Shown here piece by piece: positions 13,201 through 24,487 of a stretch of DNA of 64,000 nt. The stretch comes from Sminthopsis crassicaudata. Lineage: Eukaryota. Position 1 is the first letter of the stretch. Each line of letters starts with the position of its first letter. The stretch spans positions 514,557,675 to 514,621,674 of the forward strand of contig NC_133618.1 of NCBI RefSeq assembly GCF_048593235.1. Direction: 5' to 3'. The position numbers and the translations under genes were made by a program. A model generated the notes under the pieces. It saw nothing but the letters and a program-made list of their open reading frames with translations. It was not told where the DNA came from and searched no databases.

Positions 13201-13408
13201 TGGGCTTCTCAGGCTGCAGGTCTGTTGGTGTTCCTGGAGTCCTGGGAGCTGTCATTGGCAAAGGGGAAGAGACCCCTTTTCCTGAAGAGGAGCAGTTGCC
13301 TTTCCCCCATACATAACATTCCATCCAAGAGGCTCTGGGGTAGGACCCTGCCAGCCCCAGGACGGGGACAGGCTCCAGCACGGATCTGGAGGATGCTGTG
13401 ACTAGAAG

Positions 13409-16400
13409 ATGGACTCACCAGGCAACAGCAGTGCCTCTGAGGCCTCGCCGTACGGGAGATATGAGCCTCGGTACAGTGAGGAAGATGATGATGTGGACCT
13501 GGCCTATTTCCTTCCCAGGTAACTTACTTTACGTGTGCCCCCCTCTCCCACTGACTACACAAGAGAAGGAGCCGGGTGTCAGCACCAAGCTCCTGCTCTC
13601 CAAGGAGAGCAGACAGCAAGTAGTCCCGGTGTGAGACCTCCCCCTCTCCACGTTTGCTGGTCTCCAGTAGCTGCCCAGGGGGATGCAGTACTGTGCTTGG
13701 GGGAGGTGGTAGTCTTAGCCCTTGCCATGCCCAGCTCCAGTAGGTAAAGGAGCCAATTTTTTTAGTAGCATTTACTTTGTTGCACAAATATGACTGAGTT
13801 CCCAAGTAAACAAAAGGTAAAGGAAAGGGAAGTAGGCTTGAATGAAGTTATAGTGGCCTTCAGTAGTTTGTGTGTGATCGTGGAATTTAGGGTGATGAGA
13901 TCTGGAAGTTCTCTTTAGAATTCTTTGTGTAGCATAGAACTCTTTTGGTAGTCAGAAATCAGGCTTCCATGACTTTTGGCTCTAGAACCTGATCTAAACA
14001 TTTCCAGAAGTTTCCTGAGATACCTTACTATTCCCTGGCCCTGCTCCCAAGAGTGGTTTTCAAAAAACTGATAATGATCAAAGCATAGTCATCTTGGGCC
14101 CCCTTACAAAAGAGATTGCTATGTGAGACTCTCTTTAGGAGTTTTAAGTTGTTTAGTATTGAAGGATCATCCCCTGCCATGAGGTCTCTCCACAGGGGCC
14201 AGGTGAGACTGGTACAGGGAGGTGGTGCAACCAGCCTGCAGCTCATCCATACGCTCTCTGACTCAGATGATGACAATGACAGCCCTTGGGAGGGTCGTCT
14301 TGGTGACAGATACAATCCACCTGGTAAGAGGAAAGGGTATTTGACTCAGAATTGTAGAGCATCAGTCTGCAAAAACTTGTTTAGATTCAAAAGACTGGAG
14401 TCAAAAGGAGGTGGGGAGGAAGATGAAGAGAATCTTTTGAACCTTATCTCCTTTCATGATTGGGCCCCATCTTCCTTGACATTGGTCACCACCTTAGCCA
14501 TTCATCCATTGATATCTGACTTCTGTGAGTTAAAGAACTGAGACAGAGCTGCTGCTGCTTCTTTCAGTGGACTCAAATCCTGACACTCGAGAGCTGGAAT
14601 GCAATGAGATCAAGACCCAGGTGGAGTTGGCCACAGGACAGTTGGGATCAAGTAGGATAGTGCAGGAGCACAGCTTTCCTCGGATGCTGCACCAGGTAAG
14701 CTCCCTTCCTGCCCTGAGTGTGAGTAGAGATGGATTTGGAGTCAGGAATCCCTGGGATGGAATTCTGCCTCAAATTTTACTAACGGTTTGATTCCCTAAC
14801 AAATCACTTAATCTTTCTCATTTTCATGGAAAATGTGAGGAGCGCCTGCCTCACAAAGTTTTGAGACTTGATCAACTCATACATGGAGTACACTGTAAAT
14901 CTCAGTGCTATGTAAATATTAGCTGTTGTTGGGGGGAGGGGAGGTTCAGAAGTTTTGCCAACTACATCTCAAATGAAGTGAATTCCAGAGAAAAGATTTT
15001 GAAGCTGGCAGAAAAAGTACCTTACTTACAGTGTTCTTGTTTTCTTGCCTCTTCCCCACAGAGAGAACGTGGCCTCTGCCATCATGGCAGCTTTTCTCCT
15101 GGAGAGCGATCCCGTGTAGTGTCTCAGTAAGTTTGGAATGGGGGGGTATTATTGTTTTGAATTTAGATTTGAATTAAATTTGAGGAGGATCCAGAGGGAC
15201 AATATATATTGTCCATAAAATTAGAAGTAGAGATATTAATAAGGAAAGTTATTTAAATTGACATGAGGGATGAGAGTTTTTGCTGTTCAAGGACATGAGT
15301 TACACCTGTTGAATAAGGAATGTAAATTAAAACAAAAAACCTTGGTAGCATGGATAAAAAAGAAAAGAATTTTGAGCAATGGGGAGTGGGAACCTCATGT
15401 CTTGGTCTGATTGGGGTGTTATTGACACTGATACCTTCTTACCTTGATGTTCTTTTACTGCTGTTTTTCTCAGTTTCTTGCCCAACTACTTGAGCTTCAC
15501 TGACTCCTATTTTCATAAGGCTTTCTGTGGTGTCTACAGCAAGGATGGTCAGATCTTCATGTCTGCTTGCCAAGGTACCTAGAGTCAATGAGTACCATTG
15601 AATAGGGAACTGTGAACCCTTCCTCATGATAGAAAACAGTTTCTTTCCAGTCCAGAGATTGGAGAAGTTTCTGTTCCAGGCTGCATCGTAATACTAAGGT
15701 TGGGAGATGTTAGCAATATAATTCTGAATACTCTGCAGCAGAAGGAAGATCCCGCAGCTGCACTAGATGGCCAACATGGAAGGAGAAAGTTTCCTGACAC
15801 TTGCTTATTCCCAATTCCTAGATCAGACAATTCGCCTGTATGACTGCCGCTTTGGCTGCTTCCATAAATTCAAGAGCATCAAGGCCCGGGATGTAGGTTG
15901 GAGTGTTCTAGATGTAGCCTTTACTCCTGATGGCAACCACTTTCTCTATTCCAGCTGGTCTGATTATAGTGAGTATACCTACCAGCTTTATCATCTCTCC
16001 ATTTTGGATCCTATAGCCTCCATTTTTCATTCTCTCTCCTGTGAGGTAGGTTCTTAGGCTATATTACAGAAAATACTCTTAGAATCATGACACCCCTCTG
16101 CTGTTTGCATAGTTTGATTTTTTGTTTCTTTTTTCTCCTTTGTTCTTTTAAGATCATGTATAAAATCTTAGATTTGAAAGAGACTACATATCACACAGGC
16201 TTTTTCATCCTATGAAGAAATCTACTTCATAAAATCCCTAACAGACACATCTGCTTGAATGTGTCTAATGAGAGAGAACTCATTACTTTTACAAAGCATT
16301 CTCTTTTGTTTTTGGATCATCAGAATTTATTAGAAAGCCCTTTCTTATATTGAATTAAAATTACTTTTCTAAAATCTTTTGGGTCTTTTTCTGCCCTCTG

Positions 16401-19400
16401 AAACTACAGAAGACTCTATTCCCAAACTTCGAGTGATTTTTGTCTCTCTTGCTTTTTAGTTCATATCTGCAACATCTACGGGGAGGGAGACACACACACT
16501 GCCCTGGATCTGAGGTACTGGCTTCCCTCTTCAGCTAGACTCACCAGAAATTTAGGGAAAGCCTTCTGCAATGAATTTCTCTGAAACTAGAGGCACACAC
16601 TGAGAGAGCAGAATGCAGGGACTATCTGCTTCTCTGAGAGATCCCTTGGGTGGGAGCTACATATCACTTCTCATTGGGAGGAATAGAGTGCAGTATATGG
16701 ATGAAGCAGAACTTCAAATTTCTCTCTGGGATAACCTTTCATTCTGACATATGTAAGCAGGATCCTGTTCAGTTTCCCTCCAGAAGTGGGGTGCATGGTT
16801 TTCTTTGGATCTGAAGTGGATTAATAAATAAAGGCTAAAAGGGAAGTCTTCCTATCTAACAAATTCTTCACTTTTTTTTAGGCCAGATCAACATAGCTTC
16901 ATTGTCTTCTCCATTGCAGTCTCCTCAGATGGACGAGAGGTGCTGGGAGGGTGAGTATTTCAGTATTTCTCCACAGTTAATTAGGAAGTTCAGATCTGGA
17001 GATTGAAGCTGGTTTTGAGGAGACCTATATCCTGATGCCCTTATTCAGTTGTCCAGGCTAACTCTTAGGTAGACTTCCCTCCCCTCTTTTCTAATTCCCT
17101 TCCATTGTGGTATTTGAGGCCTTAAATTTCTTCTCAGAAACAATGTTTCTGCGTGATAGAGGAGTTGAGTTCAATGGAATTAAGGACTTGACCCTAAATA
17201 CAGAATCTTAACAGATTCTCCCCAAAGCCTTCAAAGAAACCATTTCTTGAATTCAGATTCAGTTATTATCTAGCCCAAATGTTTTTCTTTTAGTGCCAAT
17301 AATGGATGCCTCTACATCTTTGATCGAGAACAGAACCGCCGTGTTTTGCAGGTACAATTGCTGGGAGGTACATATTATGCTTTCCATGTCCTTTTGGCTG
17401 CAATATTCAGATAATGTCTTTTCTCTGCTCCAGATGGAATCCCATGACAATGACGTAAATGCAGTTGCTTTTGCTGATATGAGCTCCCACATCCTGTTCT
17501 CGGGGGGGGATGATGCCATTTGCAAAGTTTGGGACCGGCGCACCATGCGTGAGGATGATCCCAAGCCTGTGGGCGCACTGGCTGGGCACCGAGATGGCAT
17601 CACTTTCATTGACAGCAAGGTGAACAGAAGAGGGTGGATTACTCAGCTGGAGATTCCCAGACCCTAGCCTCTGGGAGGGCCTGAAAACAAGGCTGGCCTA
17701 GGAAGGCATCTCTCAGACTGTAGCCTAAGTGGGCTACAAGGTAGTCATAAAAGAAAGGACGTGAGACCTATTTCTCCCAACTAGTCATCAAGGATTCAAG
17801 GATTAGGGTTTCCTGCACTTGATCAGGTCCTAAGCCCACAATCAATTGGTTGAGAAAGTAGAAATATCTGACTAGTAGGTCAGTTGGTAAACACCAGAAA
17901 ATGAATTTGACTCAGTAAAGCAGTCTCAGAGCTACATAGTTTTTATCAGTCAACCAGAAAAATAAGGTAAGATCTAAGACTGATAGTGACAGTTAAGTTC
18001 ACCCTTGAGAAATCAGATTTGTTATAATTATGTATTCTGCTACCTTCAGTATTGTGTTTCACTGTGTTGTGGCCATGGGTTCACAGGGTGATGCCCGGTA
18101 CCTCATCACTAACTCCAAAGATCAGACCATAAAACTCTGGGATATACGGCGCTTTTCAGGTCGGGAAGGCATGGAAGCTTCACGACAGGCAGCCATCCAA
18201 GAATACTGGGACTACCGTTGGCAGCAGGTGCCTAAGAAAGGTCAGAATCATGAATCCTTATATTATTTTTTTTTTTAAGGATATTACTGGTGCTTTTTTT
18301 ACATTGCTTCCCAATAACATTCAACATCTTGCTCCTCAAGGCCAAACCTTACTCCCCACCCCCTAGTGGTCAAGGTAAAAATTGTTTTTCTAATTATATT
18401 TACTTTTTATTAGTCCATATAAGTCTTCCTGATTTTCTCATTCATAATTTCTTGTAGAACAGTAATTTTCCATTAGTTTCACATACCACATATTGTTCAG
18501 ATATTCCATATTTAGTAGGTAAATATTTTGCTTCCAATTATTTGGTTTTGTAAAAAAAAGTACTCATTGTTTTTGTATTTATATGTTCTTTCGCTTTGTT
18601 ATTAACCACTCAGCAGTTTATGTCCAGTAGTGATATCACTGGATCAAAGAGTATAGTGTCTTCATTATTCTGTTCTATATCTTCTTCCAGAAATCATTCA
18701 AGAGCTTGGCTACACTACAGAACCCACTAATAGTATCTGCTATGTTTTCCTTATTCTTTGCCCTCATATAGCCTGGCAGAAACTGAAGCTCCCTGGGGAC
18801 AGCTCTGTGATGACATATCGGGGTCATGGTGTGCTCCATACCCTCATTCGCTGCCGCTTCTCCCCTGCCCACAGTACTGGCCAACGTTATATCTACAGTG
18901 GTTGCTCCACTGGCAAGGTCGTCAGTAAGTATCATCCCAGGACAGAAGGTCACCACAGAGTAAGAGATCTTTTTTTCCAATGCAGATCCAAGTTCCAAGA
19001 GGAAAACAAAAAAAAAAAAAAAATTGGATCACATAACAAATAACTTTATGTAGTTAGGTTGTTAGATTTGGGGGGACAGAGAGTGGGAGATGAAGAAAAA
19101 ACATGTTCCACTGAGAGACAAGAAATTATGAAAATTGTTCTTCAATTGCACATTTTGGCTAGTTAAAGAGTACAGACAGAAGTTGGAGGGAAAGGAGAAA
19201 AGGAAATATGTCCTTTTCCCTGGCTTATAGAAAGAAAAGATATAGGCAGAAATAGAATAAGTCAGAGGGTAAGACAGATCCATAACATAGTTACAGAGAC
19301 ACAGAAGTGTTTCATCGTGAAATATGCACTCAAACACTGAAAGGGGAAGAGGCAAGGAACTGAATTAGATATGAACATATAAAGGTATTCAAAAACTTCT

Positions 19401-20225
19401 TCACATTATAGCTTTTTAAGATATTGCCTCTAAAAGCATGTGAAATTTTCTGGATGATAGGCCAGGTGAAATTGATCTACTATTTAAATTTCCCCATCCT
19501 TTCACTAGGAACATCTTTTCAGAATAGGGTATAGTCAAGGTAATAATAGAAAAGACATTTAAAAAGAACTTTCATATATTAAAAGGTTTTGCTTCACAAA
19601 GAAAATAAATTTAGAACAAGTGACTATAGAGGCTCATAAAGCAGGGATTCTTAACCTAGATCTGTAAACTTGTTTTAATAACTTTTTCCATATAATTGAT
19701 TTCTTTGTAATTCTATCGTAATTTATTTAATGCATTTAAAAACATTCTGGGATAGGGTCCACAAGCTTCACCAGACTGCCACAGAGGAATCATGATACTA
19801 AAGATGTTCTCATGGATTGGCTGTACTTTAGTGGTCTTTCTCATTCTTTTCTTTCCTGTATAGTATATGACCTCCTCACTGGCCAAATTGTGAAGAAGCT
19901 GGCCAGCCACAAGGCCTGTGTACGGGATGTCAGTTGGCATCCCTTTGAGCAGAAGATTGTCAGCAGTTCGGTAAGATTGGCAGGGGCAGGGAAGGGAATG
20001 GGAACTGAAGAATTCTGTGAAGATTTAAGTGATTGGTTTAGAGTCAAGGCTTAAAAGGGTTCTCCTCTAACAATCTCCTCTTTGCCCTTGTAGTGGGATG
20101 GCAACTTGCGCCTATGGCAATACCGTCCGATTGAATACTTCAGGGAAGATTTGCTGAATTCTGATGACTGTCCTACCACCACTCCACCATATGCCACCTT
20201 TGGAGCCTATTCCACTTCCCAGTAA
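13409..20225 (+). CDS. DCAF11: DDB1- and CUL4-associated factor 11 (WDR23), WD40 substrate receptor, about 530 aa
   Basis: 14 coding exons: 13409-13518, 14196-14323, 14568-14695, 15062-15126, 15474-15574, 15822-15968, 16460-16514, 16882-16950, 17294-17351, 17434-17619, 18087-18240, 18772-18924, 19864-19970, 20094-20225. Total 1593 nt in frame. Motifs DAICKVWDRR, DQTIKLWDIR, WDYRWQQ, VRDVSWHP. Confidence 0.95.
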
Positions 20226-20956
20226 TTCTTGCCTGTCAGTATGGACTGATCTGTGCAGCCCCAAGGGGAATCACCTCCTCTTTCCTCTCTCTCCTCAGGG
20301 AGATCTGTAGAGGAGCTAAGAGGGTTAGAGGATGAAGAGCAGAAACCCTAGCATTTTCACCCTGGCTGCTCTCTGAGTGAGGGCATCCTGTCCTTTGAGG
20401 CTGAGTTGTGTGGCCAGGCCTCCATCCCCACCCCAGGGCAGGCAGGACAGACAACTCTAGAAAATAAAAGAGAGGTCACCCTCTGGTAGTTATTTAGGTA
20501 TGGTTCTAGCCAGGCAAGGAATGCTTATTTTTTATAATCATGTTTGGATTCTGAGACTTGGTCAGTAGACTAGTGTTCCTGGGCTAGGTCTAAACGGGTT
20601 GGCCAGTCAGAGTCTGATTACCCTTGCCTGGCCCAGTAGCATGGACCTTCAAGTTGAAGGCCAGACTAGCCATTCAGAAGGTGGCTTTGCCCACCACTGC
20701 TCTCCTTTTTTCATAATGACCAGAATGTCATTCCTTCTTAGGCAAGGAGTAAAGCTGTTCCCTCCGGCTGGGAATCTGCTCTCCCTCATTGTGTCTTTGA
20801 AGTAGGAGGTGCTACAGTGTAGGAAGTCCTAAGGCCCCCATCTTAATCCTAATGGAACTGACTCTTTCAGTTTGTATCCCCTCAGGACAGGTGGGTAGGG
20901 GAACTAGGCAGGTTAAAATGGGGGTTCTTTTGTCTTACACTTACTTTAGCTCCCTC

Positions 20957-20962
20957 AATAAA
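20957..20962 (+). terminator. DCAF11 poly(A) signal AATAAA
   Basis: First AATAAA I could find in the 3'UTR, about 730 nt after the stop. Confidence 0.65.
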
Positions 20963-22401
20963 GTTTCCTCAGAAATCTGACTCAGGCTGTTTCCTTGTAT
21001 ACAAAAGCTTTAATATAAACAACTCCAAATTTGTGACTAGGGTTATATGCATACCATAATGTGCAGAGACATAACAGTCAGGACTTGCTTCTTTGGGTTG
21101 AAAATATCCTATTTATTATTATACTTATTATATATTATTAGATGCCTTAAGGTATCTGCTTTCTCTTTAATCTTACAGCCAAAAATTCCCCACTAAAAAT
21201 TAGGAATTAGCTTTGAGTTGAGTTGCTTACCCACTCAGGAACCCAAAACATTTTCTCCACAAAGTAAAGATAGAATTTGCAAGGGAGTAAACACAAGCTT
21301 CTTGTATAAAAAAAATTGAGGCCTTTGATATAGTAATATCAGGGTTCCCTTCTAAAGAAAAAGTTTACTGTGATGACTACTTTACAGACAGACCACAGTG
21401 CATCTTGGTTAAATGTGTAAAACCTGAAAGCTGGGGAGGCTATTAAGAGTACCAGCCAATCCAAAATCACTGAGAAAGCCTTTCTATCACATGCAGAAGA
21501 GGTTAGTTGACTTATCTAAAGTCATACAATTATTAATGGCATTAATGGCAAAATGGTCTTTTGACTGCTATGCCACATTGCCTCCCGACATAAGTTTAAT
21601 TATATCAGACACTTAGAGAGGGGAAAAGGACAAAAAATGTCCCAAAATGGATAAAATAAAATATAAAAAGACTATGTTCCTGTCATTCCTTAAGGCCAGT
21701 CTAGTGAAATAAGGGGGAGCATTTCCAAGAACTCCAATTTTTGTGATCTGTTTCAATCCAATTATTAGTACAGTATGCAAATTTGAGGTTTAAATGTGAT
21801 CTCCAGAACTATTCTTCCCCATTCCAACTTTCAAGGACTCCAGCCTAGCTCTGACACTGGACCAGGACAGGCCTAGAACTTTGAAGCAAGGTGGACCCCC
21901 AAGAGCCACTCTCCCAGGCCCACACCCAGGATAGATGGGAATGGGTACTTGCCTTGTTCCATAGCTTTGGAGAGTTCTTGAACAAAATTGGCAGAAGTTA
22001 AATGTGAAGGTGAAGATGGATGTACTTCTTTAAACTCTCAAAAAACTGATGAGCTATTTCTCCTGATCACCCCTCTTCCTTTTAAAAGTGAATAGTGAAG
22101 TATTTGGGGTGAAAAGCTAAGACAGTGACAACCATGTAGCAACAGTTCACAAATTGAAAGAAGGGTATGGGTAAGGAAAACTGCGGACAAGGACATGTTA
22201 TGGAAGGACATACAGACCTCTAGTGCTGACGCAGGAGCGTCAGCCACAGCCCCCAGCTGCCCCCCGCCCCTCTCCCTCCCCAGCTGCCAGTCTAGCTCTG
22301 CCCTGTATCTCCAGCACCTGTCACTGCCTGTCCTTGCCTAGGGGGCCCTACAAGCCCCTCCTCAGCTGCCCAGCAGAGCAAGCAGTCAGAGGGGAGGGAA
22401 C

Positions 22402-23697
22402 ATGGAGCGGGGGTTAGGGGTGGGGGCAGGGACAGGCCTGGGGGGCCGGCTCCGAGTAGTGCTGGGCTGGGTGCTAAGGGTACTGCTCTGGCTAGCATCA
22501 GCCCTCCTGTACTTTGGAAGCGAGCAGGCTGCCCGACTCCTGGGGAGCCCCTGCCTCCGGCGCCTTTACCATGCCTGGCTAGCTGCTGTGGTCATCTTCG
22601 GACCCCTGCTACAGTTCCACGTCAACCCCCGCACCATCTTCGCCAGCCATGGCAACTTCTTCAACATGTAAGTCTCTCAGGCCCTTTAATGCTAGTTCCA
22701 TCCACTCTGGGTTTTAAGCTCCCTCCTCTTTTGGGCTCTTGTCCTACTGCCAGTGTGAGCACTAAAAATAGGCTAAGAGGTGGAGGAGAAGGTCAAGGGT
22801 AGTGGGAACTATGGGGACTCACGGGGAGGATTTAGAAAGCTGGGCAGAGGATTAGGGGTGAGGAGTTGGAAGGCCGGGAGGTGATAGAGAGGGGCAAAGA
22901 ACATGGGGAAATGGAGAGCGATTTGACCCAGGGTGGTATGAATGGGGGCAGGAGGTAAAGGAAGATAGCAAAAGTCCATGGGAAAGTAACAATGGGACTC
23001 CTGGAAGAACCTGGGAATCTCAAGAGTCCTATTCTACAAGCTCTCCTGCCCCCTCCCCTCTTTCTAACCCCACAGCAAGTTTGTGAACTCTGCCTGGGGC
23101 TGGACCTGCACCTTCCTGGGAGGCTTTGTGCTACTGGTCGTGTTCCTGGCCACTCGGAGGGTGGCCGTGACTGCGAGGCACTTGAGCCGGCTGGTGGTAG
23201 GGGCAGCCGTGTGGCGCGGGGCTGGCCGGGCTTTCCTGCTCATTGAGGATCTGACAGGCTCCTGTTTTGAGCCTCTGCCCCAGGGGCTGCTGCTCCACGA
23301 GCTGCCTGACCGTCGCAGCTGCTTGGCAGCTGGCCACCAGTGGAGGGGCTACACGGTCTCCTCTCACACTTTCCTGCTTACCTTCTGCTGTTTGCTCATG
23401 GCTGAGGAAACCGCTGTCTTCGCTCGGTACCTGGCCCACGGGCTGCCTGCCGGCACTCCTCTGCGACTGGTCTTCCTTCTTAATGTCCTCCTGCTGGGCC
23501 TCTGGAACTTCCTCCTGCTCTGCACCGTCATCTACTTCCACCAATATACCCACAAGGTGGTAGGCGCAGCTGTGGGCACCTTTGCCTGGTACCTCACCTA
23601 TGGCAGCTGGTACCATCAACCCTGGTCACCAGGGAGTCCAGGCCACGGGCTCTTTACCCACTCCCAGCGCCCCCAGGCCAGACTTAAGCGTGATTGA
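22402..23697 (+). CDS. FITM1: Fat storage-inducing transmembrane protein 1, 295 aa
   Basis: Two exons, 22402-22667 and 23076-23697, joining as FFN-I-KFVNSAWGW. FIT motifs SSHTFLLTFCCLLMAEE and YFHQYTHK. AATAAA at 23702. Confidence 0.97.
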
Positions 23698-24396
23698 GGG
23701 GAATAAAGGCAAATCAAATCCAGGTGCTGACTCTTCTCTTTATTTGAGTGCTAGGTCGTTTGAATTGAAGGTTAGAGCTCTACAGAAAGGGAAGGGAATG
23801 TAGAGCACTACATTCCAGGTTGATCCCTAACACACCCTAGGGTTGGGGGTGGCGAATTGCTTTCATTCCTTAAAAGGCATCTCCAAAACAAGCCTGCCAT
23901 CCCATGACCCCCCAGCCCTACTCACATCCTTCCTCAGGTCTCCTGCGATGTCTTTTATTTCCAGCATCTTCCATGAACAATTCCACCAAGAACAAAAACA
24001 GACATACACATGTAGACAGATGGAAACCCTGGTTGCACATATGAAATGTTTGTGAAAGCCTACACATCTGTAGCCTTCACTCTGTGACTTATAGACACTA
24101 CAGAGGGGAGGACACAGGTTGAGAAGGGCTGGAAGACAGAAGGGCAAGGGGAGTAAAGGATGGCCTGGGGGTGCTGAGAGGAGATGGGGCTCATCCCTTT
24201 GGGTGAAGAGGTACTTGAAGACAATGGCTGAGCGGATCACAAGGGGCGGGAACCAGATAAAATAGTTGGATGAGATTTTCTGTCCCTGCTCCTTGGCACA
24301 GCACTTTGGTGCCCAGCCCCGTCTCCTCCTGGCCCCTCTCCTTTTCCCTCCCCTCTTCTAACCTGACCCCGCCTCCGGCTCAGTTCCTCCCTCCTA

Positions 24397-24431
24397 GGGA
24401 AGTCCCTACTGGCAAAGCTGCTTTCACTTTC
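24397..24431 (+). promoter_or_regulatory. PSME1 promoter: kB site GGGAAGTCCC (24397-24406) and IRF-E/ISRE GCTTTCACTTTC (24420-24431)
   Basis: Exact consensus matches within 90 nt of the ATG; PA28alpha is a known interferon-inducible gene. Confidence 0.75.
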
Positions 24432-24487
24432 CCTTCCCCCTAGCTCCTGTCTCGCTGCTCGTTCTGGTCCCTTAACTCCCCCTTGCA

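Noticed and set aside
23131-23619. 162-aa antisense ORF over FITM1 exon 2, and similar antisense ORFs over PCK2, DCAF11 and RNF31 exons
   Set aside because: Expected antisense shadows of GC-rich coding exons.
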